The notes below the pieces were generated by a model. That model saw only the letters and a program-made list of their open reading frames with translations. It made no database searches and was not told the origin of the DNA. The position numbers and the translations under genes are program-made. DNA of 64,000 bases from an uncultured Anaerolineaceae bacterium (GTDB taxonomy: Bacteria > Chloroflexota > Anaerolineae > Aggregatilineales > Phototrophicaceae), in the NCBI GenBank assembly GCA_964632725.1, contig CAZWCV010000002.1:17317-81316 (forward strand), given 5' to 3'. Shown piece by piece: positions 20,021-29,903 of this stretch; position 1 is the stretch's first letter, and the number at the start of each line of letters is the position of its first letter.

Positions 20021-20140
20021 GCCGACCTTGTCGGACACAATACAGGTTTCTGTCCGAAAAAACCCTTTCGTCGGACAGAAAACGGAATAACGGACATAAA
20101 ACCGACAGAAGACTGCCCTGAAGTCAGCCAGCGGACAATG
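20021..20140. repeat. array of CGGACA-type motifs with inverted-repeat hairpins in a convergent intergenic spacer
   Basis: TCGGACA lies at 20031-20037. TTTCTGTCCGA at 20047-20057 is inverted relative to TCGGACAGAAA at 20071-20081. Further copies are CGGAAT 20083-20088, CGGACA 20091-20096, CCGACA 20102-20107 and CGGACA 20132-20137. Confidence 0.6.
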
Positions 20141-20160
20141 GAGCAGGCTTGCGTCCGCGC

Positions 20161-21213
20161 TTACCGGTCACGCCTCGTTGGCGCAAATTCCGCGCGGCGC
20201 AGCGACGCCAAATCCGCCGACGCTGTACAGAGCATGGCAATCCCCAGTTGGGCGTTCAGCTCGCGGATCAGCTCGTCCACGGCTTCTGCCGACTGGCTGG
20301 CGGCACGCAAGAAGGGGCTGGCCAATCCGGCCAGGTCTGCGCCCAGAGCGATACATTTGGCGATGTCAATTCCGTCGCGCAGACCGCCGCTGGCGAATAT
20401 TGGCAGCTCAGGCGCGGCCCTTCGCGCATATTGAATGGCGTCGGCTGTCGGGATGCCCCAATCGGCGAAGCTGCGGGCGACGCGCGCGTGAAAGGCGCTG
20501 GGCGCGCGATGATACTCGACTTCGCTCCAGGATGTACCGCCGGCGCCGGCCACGTCAATCGCCGCCACGCCCGCCTCCGCCAGCGAATGTACCGCCTGCT
20601 TCGAAAAGCCCCAACCGACTTCTTTGGCGATGACCGGGACGCCAAGCCGCGCGCAGACTGCTTCGACTTTGTCAAGCAAGCCGGCGAAGTCGAAATCGCC
20701 TTCCGCTTGCACCGCTTCTTGCAAAACGTTGAAATGCAGAATCAGGGCGTCGGCGCCGACCATATCCACGGCCCGGCGGCATTGATCCAGGCCATAGCCA
20801 TAATTTAACTGTACCGCGCCCACATTGGCGAAGAGCAAAATGTCCGGCGCGACATCGCGGATGGCGTAACTGTCAGCCAGGGCGCCGTCTTCGATAGCGG
20901 CGCGCTGGGAGCCCAAGCCCATCGCGATCCCGCGCCGCTGCGCTGCGGCCGCCAGGTTGCGGTTGATCGCCCGCGCCATGTCCGTTCCGCCAGTCATGGA
21001 GGAAATCAGTATCGGCGACTGCAAGCGCTTGCCAAAGACCGTCAGCGCCGTGTCGATGTCGTTCAGATTAAGTTCCGGCAGCGCCTGATGCAAAAAATGA
21101 TAACGTTCCAGCCCAGTGGTCAAGCGCGGAAACTGCACATCTTGCTCCAAGTTGATCAGGATATGGTCCAGTTTGCGGCTTTCGGTCGCGCTTGTTTTCG
21201 TCACTTTTTTCAT
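20161..21213 (-). CDS. fni: type 2 isopentenyl-diphosphate delta-isomerase (FMN-dependent)
   Basis: 350 aa. It contains [21 protein letters not shown] and [13 protein letters not shown], typical of IDI-2. Confidence 0.92.
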   Translation of the reverse strand: MKKVTKTSATESRKLDHILINLEQDVQFPRLTTGLERYHFLHQALPELNLNDIDTALTVFGKRLQSPILISSMTGGTDMARAINRNLAAAAQRRGIAMGLGSQRAAIEDGALADSYAIRDVAPDILLFANVGAVQLNYGYGLDQCRRAVDMVGADALILHFNVLQEAVQAEGDFDFAGLLDKVEAVCARLGVPVIAKEVGWGFSKQAVHSLAEAGVAAIDVAGAGGTSWSEVEYHRAPSAFHARVARSFADWGIPTADAIQYARRAAPELPIFASGGLRDGIDIAKCIALGADLAGLASPFLRAASQSAEAVDELIRELNAQLGIAMLCTASADLASLRRAEFAPTRRDR

Positions 21214-21392
21214 CGACCGGTGTTCCTTTTCTCAGAGTGACTTGTGCCTGGCAGGGTGGCCATCGTACCGACAAGAACTGGCCGTGTCAATCATGGCGCT
21301 GCTTCCATACAGGCTAGCACGGTCACTGAAAATCGGTATAATTGATTGGCGTGAAGTGAGAAGCAAGATTCCAACTTGAAGGGTGGACTAAC

Positions 21393-21629
21393 ATGGCATC
21401 AATTGAAGAACGGGTGACTGGAATCGTGGTCGAGTTGCTTGGCGTTGAAGAAGAACGCGTTGTCTCCGGCGCAAACTTCCGTGAAGACCTGGAAGCGGAC
21501 TCACTTGATCTCGTTGAATTGATCATGGCGTTTGAAGAAGAATTCGGCGGCGAAATCAGCGATGAGGACGCGCAGCGAATTGAGACCGTTGGGCAAGCGG
21601 TGGAGTATATCCAGTCCAATATGGAATGA
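21393..21629 (+). CDS. acpP: acyl carrier protein
   Basis: 78 aa with the phosphopantetheine attachment motif [20 protein letters not shown]. Confidence 0.95.
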   Translation: MASIEERVTGIVVELLGVEEERVVSGANFREDLEADSLDLVELIMAFEEEFGGEISDEDAQRIETVGQAVEYIQSNME

Positions 21630-21663
21630 TTTTGCGCGACTTACTTGTTGGCACAGCGTCTTT

Positions 21664-21693
21664 GAGGTAGCGAAAGCTGCCTCTTTCATTTCT
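21664..21693 (+). terminator. rho-independent terminator after acpP
   Basis: An 8-bp stem pairs GAGGTAGC (21664-21671) with GCTGCCTC (21676-21683) around a GAAA tetraloop. TTTCATTTCT follows. Confidence 0.6.
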
Positions 21694-21833
21694 CGCGCCG
21701 TACCTTGCGCTGCCATCCGGTTATATGGGCAATACGCCGGCGGAGAGCCTGCTCTATTTCCATTTTCGCGAAGCCTGCCATGTGGGACAACTGACGATGG
21801 TCACCGAAGCGCGGGGCAGAATCGCAATGCGCC

Positions 21834-22469
21834 TCAGTTCATAACCTGTACAGCATCTGACCTGGCAGCCAGCAAATTGGCCGCGGCGATGCCGACGTAG
21901 CTTGAGCTTAGTAGCCACGGGCCCAAGCCGATGCTCGCAACCGATTGCGTCAGCTGATAGACCTCAAGAGCCTGAGTAACGCCAGCAATGACAGACACCA
22001 ACCCGGCAACTGGCAGCAAAACCAACAGCATCCGAATGATGCGCCAGTTGGCCATGCGAGTCGCAGCCAGGCCGGTGATCAGGCTGACGAGCGCCAGAAG
22101 GAATTGCTGCCGGTAGTTCAGGTTTGCGATGTCGTATACGTATTCGAATGGCGGCAACTGCGCCACTGACAGCGCGACGACTGCGAGGGCTGAGATCGCC
22201 CGCCAGTGCCGACCCGACGTGGGCAGCGCTAATATCAAGGTGAGGATCACTAGCTGAGCGCGCAGCAGCAGCGGCGCCAACAAGGGCGGCGAGCTATGGC
22301 GCTGGGCCGGATGCAGCGATGTCCACTCGGCGAGATCATAAGCATTGAGCGTCATCGGCGCCGACGATGAAACCGCCCAGGGCAGCATGTAGGCTGACAG
22401 CCCCAGAAGCAACAGCAATACAAGCAGCAGCGGACGCTTTTGCATGGAATTTACCGGATCTTGCGCCAT
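21834..22469 (-). CDS. hypothetical polytopic membrane protein (last gene of the envelope-glycan operon)
   Basis: 211 aa with about 6 hydrophobic helices. It lies 43 nt downstream of the GT4 gene on the same strand. An alternative start is at 22445. Confidence 0.6.
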   Translation of the reverse strand: MAQDPVNSMQKRPLLLVLLLLLGLSAYMLPWAVSSSAPMTLNAYDLAEWTSLHPAQRHSSPPLLAPLLLRAQLVILTLILALPTSGRHWRAISALAVVALSVAQLPPFEYVYDIANLNYRQQFLLALVSLITGLAATRMANWRIIRMLLVLLPVAGLVSVIAGVTQALEVYQLTQSVASIGLGPWLLSSSYVGIAAANLLAARSDAVQVMN

Positions 22470-22512
22470 TCAACCTCTCGTACACAGTTGCCGGCTATAC
22501 TGCGCTGCCAGT

Positions 22513-23652
22513 CTAATCGTCCAGCAAGCTCCGATACACCGACAGCAACTCAGTAGCAGACCGGCGCCAGGTGAACTTTTGGGCTTGCCGGTAGCCCATC
22601 CGCACCAGCTGCTCGCGCAAGGCCGTGTCCGTTTCGACCGCGATTATCGCATAGCGCAGCGCGGCGGTATCGGTCGGATCAACCAGAATCGCGGCATCGC
22701 CCGCCACTTCCGGCAGCGATGAGACATTGCTGGTGATGACCGCTACGCCGCAAGCCATCGCTTCCAATACCGGCAGGCCAAAGCCTTCGTAGAGCGATGG
22801 CGTCAGCAACATTCGCGCTTCGCTGTAGAGCGCCGGCAGATCTTCATCATCGACAAATCCCAGCAGGTGAACAAAGTCGCCCATTCCTGCACTGGCAATC
22901 GTATGCCGCATTTCCGCCTCGAGCCAGCCCTCGCCGCCGGCGATAGCGTAATGCAGGTCCAGCCCGGACGCGCGCGCTTGCGCCAGCGCTCGGATGACGC
23001 GGCTGTAATTCTTGCGCGGCTGCACCGTGCCGACCGACAGGATATAGCGGATGTCGGCCAGCCGGTATTTCGCGCGCGTCGCTGCCAGCGCGCGCCTGTC
23101 GTTGACTCGCTCGAAGCGCTGGTCGACGCCGCTATAGAGAACAGTAATTTTGTCGGCAGGCGTCTCATACAGATCAATCAGATCGCGCTTGGTGGCTTTG
23201 GAATCGGCCAGGATATGGTCGGCCCGCGCAACTGAACGCGGCACGACCGCATCCAGGTAGGCTTTGAGCGGCGGGCTGGCGGCTTCCGGAACGCGTAAGA
23301 ATGACAAGTCATGCACCGTCAGCAACGCGCGCGTTGAAGGCAGCGTCGGCGGCAGAACGAAGTCTGTCGCGTGAAAGAGGTCGACCTTGCCGGTGAACAG
23401 CTCCACCGGAAGCGGCATTCTTGCCCGCTGCCAAATCCGCGCCAGCCAGCGCGGCGAAATTGCCGTCGGCCGCCACTGGAAATTCGCCGCCGGCGGGTGC
23501 GACAATTCGTCGGCAACTGCCCCCGCCACAAAAAGGCGGAATTCGTTCTCAGCGTCAAGCATTGCGAGGGCGGTCGTCAACTCGCGAACGTAGCGGCCAA
23601 TACCGCCGCTTTGCTCAATGGCGGGAGTGTAGTCGATGGCGATTCGCTGCAC
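22513..23652 (-). CDS. glycosyltransferase family 4 (GT-B, GT1/GT4-type)
   Basis: GGIGRYVRELTTAL is present at the N-terminus and the C-terminal motif reads EGFGLPVLEAMACGVAVITS. GTG at 23652 lies 1 nt after the upstream stop; the ORF track extension to 23724 is rejected. Confidence 0.88.
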   Translation of the reverse strand: MQRIAIDYTPAIEQSGGIGRYVRELTTALAMLDAENEFRLFVAGAVADELSHPPAANFQWRPTAISPRWLARIWQRARMPLPVELFTGKVDLFHATDFVLPPTLPSTRALLTVHDLSFLRVPEAASPPLKAYLDAVVPRSVARADHILADSKATKRDLIDLYETPADKITVLYSGVDQRFERVNDRRALAATRAKYRLADIRYILSVGTVQPRKNYSRVIRALAQARASGLDLHYAIAGGEGWLEAEMRHTIASAGMGDFVHLLGFVDDEDLPALYSEARMLLTPSLYEGFGLPVLEAMACGVAVITSNVSSLPEVAGDAAILVDPTDTAALRYAIIAVETDTALREQLVRMGYRQAQKFTWRRSATELLSVYRSLLDD

Positions 23653-23653
23653 G

Positions 23654-24259
23654 TTAGTCGACGTCGTTATATGTCCAGTAGCGATTGGCCAGGAAGTTCC
23701 AAAACATGACCGCGATGACGCCAAAAAACAGCGCGATCATGGCGCCGATCTTATGCTGATCGACGAGAGCGGGCGCGTAGCCGGCGCCTAGCTGAGACAG
23801 AAAAGTCGTTGAAATGCGGCCGAGCGGTTCGTAACTTAGGGCAATCCAAATCGTGCGGATTACCCAGCCGATGACGCTGACAATGACGAATTGCGTCAGC
23901 TGGCGCTGCGCCGAATGCGAGCGCGAATCCGGGTACGTCCACAGACGATTCCATACAAAGTTGCTGCAAACCGCCAGGAAAAACGCGATACTCTGCGCCA
24001 GCCCGACATTGAATGACAGCGCTTCGCCCAGCTCATTCACCGGCGGCAGGACGGTATTCTGCAAGACCAGAACCGTGCCCGCGTCGATGATGAATCCCAG
24101 CAGGCCAACTACGGCGAACTTGATGAATCGCTCGTATTCCTTGGCTCTGTCGCCACCGAGCCGCAATGACAAGAGAACAATAAAGCGGTCAAGCGGCGTC
24201 TTTACCTGGTGGTGTCGCCGGCGTGACTGCTTGGGAGCGGTAGAAACGGTCTGCGTCAT
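23654..24259 (-). CDS. GtrA-family membrane protein
   Basis: FIKFAVVGLLGFIIDAGTVLVLQ is present along with 4 TM helices. ATG at 24259 overlaps the upstream stop as ATGA. Confidence 0.8.
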   Translation of the reverse strand: MTQTVSTAPKQSRRRHHQVKTPLDRFIVLLSLRLGGDRAKEYERFIKFAVVGLLGFIIDAGTVLVLQNTVLPPVNELGEALSFNVGLAQSIAFFLAVCSNFVWNRLWTYPDSRSHSAQRQLTQFVIVSVIGWVIRTIWIALSYEPLGRISTTFLSQLGAGYAPALVDQHKIGAMIALFFGVIAVMFWNFLANRYWTYNDVD

Positions 24260-25722
24260 GCCCGGTTTAGCTCCAGCGCTTGCGTCATGCGCCGGTGAAG
24301 GATGGCCAATATGCCTAATAATACACCGATATGCAAAAAGAGGTTGTTCACATAGAGGTTGTCGAAGACGCTGTGGACGGCCACATAGACCCAGCAACCG
24401 AGCAGACCGACGGCAATGCTGCGCGACCATGGGTCAGGCTGTCGCCGCAGCGACCAGGTCAGCCGAAAGACAATTGCCCAGAACAAAAGATAGGCGATCA
24501 GCCCGACCACGCCCGTTTCCGCCAGCATATTCAGATACAGGTTGTGGGCGTGGCCCAAGGGCTTCTCCCAGTAAATCAGGCGGTAATCATCGTAGACAAC
24601 TTCGTAATTGCCCAGCCCCACGCCATAGAGCGGCGCCTGCTCCGCCATATACCAGGCGGCTTGCCAATGAGCCAGTCGCTCAATGACCGCGTAGTTGACC
24701 GGCGAGATTTCCACGCCGCGCACATCAGACACAGTGATGAGATCAGTGGCGGCTGTGGTAAGCCTGTGCATGATAGATCGCGGCAGCAGGCCAAGGCTCC
24801 AGGCCGCGGCGATAAGCGAGGCAATGGCGGCGGCCAGCGCCAGCCCCCGGCTTAGACGCCGGGGCAGAGCGACCAACATAACCATGATCGCCACCACCGT
24901 GCCCAGCCAGGCGCCGCGACTCCATGACGCCAGCAGGGCTGCGGCCAATAAGAGAGAAACCAGGCTGCCGCATAAGCATATGAGAACCGGCGAAAGCGGC
25001 AAACGCCGCTGGCTGCGCCAGCCCGTCCAGATGCCCGGCAGTTGCGCCCAGGCGGCCGCCAGGCCCAGCGGCAGCGCAATGCCCATGAATCCGCCGAAGG
25101 GGTTTGGCTGCCCGAAGGTCCCAAACGCGCGGAAGAACCGGCCCAGGATCACGAGATGGTCGGCGCCGCTGCCGCCGGCGAATATGTACAGCCCGACCAG
25201 CGCATTGGCGAAGGCGCTTACCAGGATCGCGAAAACCAGCCAACTCCAGCTCCCGTCCATACTGAGGGTCAGCGTCCAGATTATGATGGCGATGGCCACC
25301 CACTTCAGCCATTCGGCCAGCCAACCGGACAGCGAGTGGCTTGTCCAGGCGCCAATCGAAAAGACCGCGATCAGTAACAGCACAGCTGGCAAGGGCGCGT
25401 CGGCCTGCAGCTTGAACAGGCTTTCTCGCCGCCACATTCGCTGCGCCAGCCAGACGCCAAGGTAGAAAATCACCAGCGCCTGTCCAATATCGAGCGGCAG
25501 CGTCAGTCCCGACTCGGTGCTTATCAGGGTCCGCAGCGGCGCCAATGTCAGCGTGACGACCAAGGCAATTTGCGGCGAAATCGGAAAGACGACGACACAA
25601 GCGAGAGTGAGAATCGCCAGGGCTAACCAGGGCATTGGCAAGACAATTATGGCGGCGGCAATAACCAGCCCGATCGCCAGAATCGGCGTCGCCAAGGGGC
25701 TCTTGGTCTGCAATCTGAACAT
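24256..25722 (-). CDS. O-antigen ligase / polymerase-like (Wzy_C) membrane protein
   Basis: About 488 aa with more than 10 TM helices. A periplasmic loop carries SWSRGAWLG and GHAHNLYLNMLAETG (Wzy_C-type motif). ATG at 25722 lies 1 nt after the upstream stop. Confidence 0.8.
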   Translation of the reverse strand: MFRLQTKSPLATPILAIGLVIAAAIIVLPMPWLALAILTLACVVVFPISPQIALVVTLTLAPLRTLISTESGLTLPLDIGQALVIFYLGVWLAQRMWRRESLFKLQADAPLPAVLLLIAVFSIGAWTSHSLSGWLAEWLKWVAIAIIIWTLTLSMDGSWSWLVFAILVSAFANALVGLYIFAGGSGADHLVILGRFFRAFGTFGQPNPFGGFMGIALPLGLAAAWAQLPGIWTGWRSQRRLPLSPVLICLCGSLVSLLLAAALLASWSRGAWLGTVVAIMVMLVALPRRLSRGLALAAAIASLIAAAWSLGLLPRSIMHRLTTAATDLITVSDVRGVEISPVNYAVIERLAHWQAAWYMAEQAPLYGVGLGNYEVVYDDYRLIYWEKPLGHAHNLYLNMLAETGVVGLIAYLLFWAIVFRLTWSLRRQPDPWSRSIAVGLLGCWVYVAVHSVFDNLYVNNLFLHIGVLLGILAILHRRMTQALELNRA

Positions 25723-25723
25723 G

Positions 25724-26671
25724 CTAGGCCGGCTCGGACAATACCGAGCGAAAGTAGCGGATGGTCCGCGCAAGCCCCTCTTCAAGTTCGATTCGCGGCC
25801 GCCAGTTCAACACGGCTTGAGCGCGCGCTGTATCGGGCTTGCGTGTTTGCGGATCGCCCTCGATGCGCGAGCCATCGGAGTACTCGATGCCGGCGCCGCT
25901 GCCCGACGCCTGATTCACGATCAGCGCAAACTCGCGCATGCTGATTTCACGCGTCGTGCCGATGTTCACCGGCTCTACATGGTCGCTTTCCAGCAGGCGA
26001 AAGATGCCCTCTACCAGATCGTCAATGTATTGAAAGCAGCGGGTCTGCGAGCCGTCGCCGTAAACGGTCAAGGGTTCGCCGCGGATGGCCTGGCCGATGA
26101 AGTTGGGCACAACGCGCCCGTCATCAAGGCGCATGCGCGGACCGTAGGTATTGAATATGCGCACAATGCGCGTCTCCATGCCATGCTGCCGGTGATAGGC
26201 CATCACCAGCGCTTCGGCATAGCGTTTGGCCTCGTCATAGACGCCGCGCGGCCCCACCGGATCGACATTGCCGGCGTAAGTCTCGCTCTGCGGGCGAACC
26301 AGCGGGTCGCCGTAGACCTCAGACGTCGAGGCGAGCAAGAAGCGCGCTTTTTTCGCGCGGGACAGACCCAGCGCATTATGCGTTCCCAGCGCGCCGACCT
26401 TAAGCGTCTGAATTGGGTACTTGAGGTAATCAATGGGGCTGGCCGGCGAGGCAAAGTGCAATACCGCGTCCACCGGGCCGGGCACATGGATGAAGTTGCT
26501 GACGTCATGATAAATGAACTCAAAGTCGCGGTTGCCCGCCAAATGCGCGATATTTTCCTGCGAGCCGGTGATGAGATTATCCATGGCCACCACCTGATGG
26601 CCTTCGCGCAAGAATCGGTCGCTGAGATGCGAACCTATGAAGCCGGCGCCGCCCGTGATTAAAACGCGCAA
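25724..26671 (-). CDS. UDP-glucuronate decarboxylase (UDP-xylose synthase), SDR family
   Basis: [24 protein letters not shown] and YDEAKRYAE (YxxxK) are present. The overall pattern is UXS-like. The start is TTG at 26671. Confidence 0.9.
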   Translation of the reverse strand: MRVLITGGAGFIGSHLSDRFLREGHQVVAMDNLITGSQENIAHLAGNRDFEFIYHDVSNFIHVPGPVDAVLHFASPASPIDYLKYPIQTLKVGALGTHNALGLSRAKKARFLLASTSEVYGDPLVRPQSETYAGNVDPVGPRGVYDEAKRYAEALVMAYHRQHGMETRIVRIFNTYGPRMRLDDGRVVPNFIGQAIRGEPLTVYGDGSQTRCFQYIDDLVEGIFRLLESDHVEPVNIGTTREISMREFALIVNQASGSGAGIEYSDGSRIEGDPQTRKPDTARAQAVLNWRPRIELEEGLARTIRYFRSVLSEPA

Positions 26672-26765
26672 CGTGATTAACCTTTGTCTGGCATTGTCAC
26701 TGTCAGTTTACCACAGGCATCGGACGCCATAAACGCGGCGCCCCGGTTCGCGTCCGGATCCGCCA

Positions 26766-29700
26766 TTATGCGCTTTCTTCGCTGAGTTCAACCAGCCGCA
26801 TGAGCGCCGCCAACTGGAACATGAAAATAAATGCCAGGTCGATCACAAAGACGCTGTTGTCGATCAAGCCGTGCGCCAACAATCCGGCCATGCTGCCCAT
26901 CAAACCGAGTAACATGGCGAATAACAGCGCGTCTCTGCGCAAGCGCCTGCGCATCTTGATTGCGCTGCGCCAGAATAGCAGCTGAATGACTAGAAAGGCG
27001 ACCGCGCCAAATACGCTGAGCCGCGTCCAGAAGTCCAGCAGGAAATTATGCGGATGCGACTGATCGCGATCCCAGATGGCGTCCGGCTTGAGATATCGCC
27101 CGCCTACGACGTACAAAAACTGATCCATGCCTATGCCAGTCAAGGGATGCTCGCGGATGATGGACAGCGTGCTCTCCCACAGGCGCAGTCGAAAGAAATT
27201 GGTGCCGCTGGAAAAGTCGATGGCGTTGGCGAAACGGGCGGACACGCGTGTCAAAACCGCGAAAGCAGCGCCGCCCACGACGCCCGCGCCAATCAAGGGA
27301 GCGATCGCCCGGCGCTCGAAGCGAGCCAGGCTGATGACAAACAATCCGGCCGGCGCGCCCAGCAGAATCGCGCCAACGCTCTGTGTGAACAGCAGCGCCG
27401 GGACCATGGCAGCCAGGCTCAAGCCGGCGAAAGCGCGCAGCCTGCGCTCCGCGCCGACGAGCAGAAAGCCGAGGGCGATGGGGATGGCGCGCCCCAGCAG
27501 CAAAGCGACATTATTCGGCGAGCCATAGACGCTGTACAGTCGCTTCACGCCCGCTTCCGCCGTAATGACGAAATCTCTGAAGAAATACATGTAGTAACCA
27601 ATCAACGAGACGATGACAGCGGCCGCCAGCAGCGCCGCGAAGAGCCGGCACAGCGTGCTTCGGCTGGGTCGTGTGGCGCGCAGCAGCGCGTAGAAGGCCA
27701 GGGGTTCGAATATCAGCGTGCGCAGCTCGGTCTGGGCTGTGTCGAGGCGCTGCGTCCAAAGCAGCGAAGCCAGCGCCAGCGCGGCCAGGCTGACAACCGC
27801 GAGGTCCATAGGCCGGACCGGCGCCAGCAATCGGCGCGATAATACCGGAAAGTCGCCGTTGCTCATCTGCAACTCTTTGCCGAGCGTTACCAACAGCTTG
27901 ACGGCTCCAGCCGCCGCCGTGACCAGGATCATCACCTCGACCATGGGAAAAGCGAAGCGATACAGTTCCACCGGAAAGAGGAAGAAGGGCGCCCAGAACA
28001 GTGTCAAGATCAGCCCGGTCTCCAGGCGGTGATAAAACAGCGCGAAGAGCGCGCCAAGAAAAACCAGCGACAGCATGAGGCTGGGCGACAGGTAAATCGC
28101 GCCGCCGGTCAGCAGCGCCAGCACGATATTTACCTCGTCGCGCATGAGCAGCGCCGGGCGCGGCGAGTTCCAGGTCCAGAGCATGGCCAGCATCATCAGC
28201 AGCGATGTGATGCCGCTCAACAACAGGTGAAGCGTGGCGCTCATGCCCGTGACCAGCGCGGTCAAGGGCGGCAGCCAGGCGCGCCAGGGCGCCGTCGCCA
28301 GGGAATGACCGAAGAGCAGCAGGGACAGCGCGGTTGCGAAGATGCCCAGGCGAATCTGCCCGTCGTAGGGCGCGGCCAAATCGCCCGAACTGACGGCGTA
28401 GCCCGCTATCGCCCAGCGATCCCAGCCTTTGTCCGCCACCGCGCGCAGCTTGTGCCGCGCCGGCGGGAGATTGCTTGAGACGGGAACCAGGTTCAATTCC
28501 GGCCCGCGCGAGTTGCTGCGCAGGAAAATGTAGGCGTTTCCGCTTGAGTCTCTCTGGGTGGCGTTGGCCGGGGCGTCGTCCACAGTCGGATAGAGAAAGG
28601 CGACGTAGTCGTCTTCGCGCAGCAGCATGGCGACATCGGCGCCATAAAAGTCGAACTCCAGGCGGCTGTCGGTGGGGGTCAGCCAGCCGATGTCAGCGCC
28701 TAAATCGCTGAATTGCCAGGCGCCGCTGTAGCGCGCGTGGGGGTTAAGGGCGTGGAACAGTCCGTTCTGCGCCGATTCGGGGTAGTTATATTCCGCCAGG
28801 GCCTGAAGCAAAGGCGATGGCGCGCCATCCTGCCGCAGCAGGGCAAAGCCCCACTGCGGGTCGGCGGCGGCGGCTGCCGGCTGCCAATGGTGCAGGAACA
28901 TGGCCCCCAGCCAGGGCCATTCGCGATGAGCGCGGTCAAGCGCTTGCAGCGAGTATTCGATCTGCTGGGATTCGCTGACAGCGCCCCAGATCGAGGGCGC
29001 GCCCGGCCAATCCGGCGGCAGCGAATTCCAGCCGTAATTGCTGGCCCACAGCGGTTTCCTGGCATCGCCATGCTTCACCATCACTTCGCGCAGCGCGATA
29101 ACGCGCGAGAAATTCAAAATGGACTCATCGACGCGGCGGTCCAGCGGCGAGCTCGAGAAGCCATAGGGTTTGCCGACAACCACATCCATCAGATGGCGCG
29201 CGCCCTGAGCGTACAGACCCTCGAGATAGCGAATATCGCTGATATTGCGGCCGGCGGTCTCTGTCGTTGGCGCCAGCCCGGCCGCGACAATCGTGGCGCT
29301 GGAATCAGCTTGCAGGATGGCTTCGCGAGCCGTTTCCAGCAGCGCGTTATACTCGGCCGGCCGCGGCTCCAGGCCGCCCCAGGCATCGGCCAGATTGGGC
29401 TCATCCCATATTTGATAGTTGTCCACCAGGCCGCCAAAGCGCTCGGCGAAGGCCCCGGCGAAGGCGGCAAAATGCGACAAGTCGCGCGGCGGGCCGGTGC
29501 TGCTCAGGCTGCGCTCGTCACGCGCCCAGGCCGGCGAATTCATCAGAACGACCAGTGGTTCAAGCTGCGGGAAGTCTCGCAGCGCCAGGGCGAGTTGGTC
29601 CCAGGCGCTCCAGTCGAAGTCGCCTTGCCGGCGCTCAAGCTCGTCCCAATAGGCAAACTGCCGGATCCAGCGAAATCCCGCCGACTGGATACGCGCGAGG

Positions 29701-29903
29701 TGGCTACGCAGGTCGGCGCTGTCATATTGCAGCAATTCGACATTTACGCCGGGCTTGGCCTGAGCGAAGGGAAGCTCTTGATTTGTGGTCGGATTGACAT
29801 AGCCGCGCAGTTCGAAGTCGCGCACTTGCGCCGTGCCCAGGGTCGCGACCAGGCTGCCGATGACCAGCAGCAAGCTCAGGAGCAAGACGATAAACCGGCG
29901 CAT
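26766..29903 (-). CDS. fusion protein: extracytoplasmic clan-A glycoside-hydrolase-like domain plus O-antigen-ligase-like (Wzy_C) polytopic membrane domain
   Basis: About 1045 aa. A signal-anchor is followed by a TIM-barrel-like region (FRWIRQFAYWDELE, YQIWDEPNL, PLWASNYGW). More than 12 TM helices follow, with SHPHNFLLDFWTRLSVFG. ATG at 29903 overlaps the upstream stop (TGATG); the ORF is also open from GTG at 29915. Confidence 0.75.
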   Translation of the reverse strand: MRRFIVLLLSLLLVIGSLVATLGTAQVRDFELRGYVNPTTNQELPFAQAKPGVNVELLQYDSADLRSHLARIQSAGFRWIRQFAYWDELERRQGDFDWSAWDQLALALRDFPQLEPLVVLMNSPAWARDERSLSSTGPPRDLSHFAAFAGAFAERFGGLVDNYQIWDEPNLADAWGGLEPRPAEYNALLETAREAILQADSSATIVAAGLAPTTETAGRNISDIRYLEGLYAQGARHLMDVVVGKPYGFSSSPLDRRVDESILNFSRVIALREVMVKHGDARKPLWASNYGWNSLPPDWPGAPSIWGAVSESQQIEYSLQALDRAHREWPWLGAMFLHHWQPAAAAADPQWGFALLRQDGAPSPLLQALAEYNYPESAQNGLFHALNPHARYSGAWQFSDLGADIGWLTPTDSRLEFDFYGADVAMLLREDDYVAFLYPTVDDAPANATQRDSSGNAYIFLRSNSRGPELNLVPVSSNLPPARHKLRAVADKGWDRWAIAGYAVSSGDLAAPYDGQIRLGIFATALSLLLFGHSLATAPWRAWLPPLTALVTGMSATLHLLLSGITSLLMMLAMLWTWNSPRPALLMRDEVNIVLALLTGGAIYLSPSLMLSLVFLGALFALFYHRLETGLILTLFWAPFFLFPVELYRFAFPMVEVMILVTAAAGAVKLLVTLGKELQMSNGDFPVLSRRLLAPVRPMDLAVVSLAALALASLLWTQRLDTAQTELRTLIFEPLAFYALLRATRPSRSTLCRLFAALLAAAVIVSLIGYYMYFFRDFVITAEAGVKRLYSVYGSPNNVALLLGRAIPIALGFLLVGAERRLRAFAGLSLAAMVPALLFTQSVGAILLGAPAGLFVISLARFERRAIAPLIGAGVVGGAAFAVLTRVSARFANAIDFSSGTNFFRLRLWESTLSIIREHPLTGIGMDQFLYVVGGRYLKPDAIWDRDQSHPHNFLLDFWTRLSVFGAVAFLVIQLLFWRSAIKMRRRLRRDALLFAMLLGLMGSMAGLLAHGLIDNSVFVIDLAFIFMFQLAALMRLVELSEESA

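Noticed and set aside
20021-20140. CGGACA repeat array considered as a CRISPR array or degenerate CRISPR
   Set aside because: The repeat units are only 6-11 nt with 2-30 nt spacing. There are no 25-40 nt direct repeats and no cas genes in the window.
19982-20434. 150-aa plus-strand ORF starting in the hemW-idi spacer
   Set aside because: Two thirds of it overlaps the IDI-2 gene antisense. The spacer part coincides with the CGGACA repeat array, which is better explained as non-coding structure.
24743-25600. 285-aa minus-strand ORF in an alternative frame inside the O-antigen-ligase-like gene
   Set aside because: It is on the same strand but out of frame with a TM-rich, motif-bearing ORF. The product is Arg/Gly/Ala-rich and has no start context.
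25517-26662. 381-aa plus-strand ORF
   Set aside because: It is exactly antisense to the well-supported UDP-xylose synthase gene. The product is Arg/Ala/Gly-rich with no recognisable motifs. This is a typical stop-free shadow frame in high-GC DNA.
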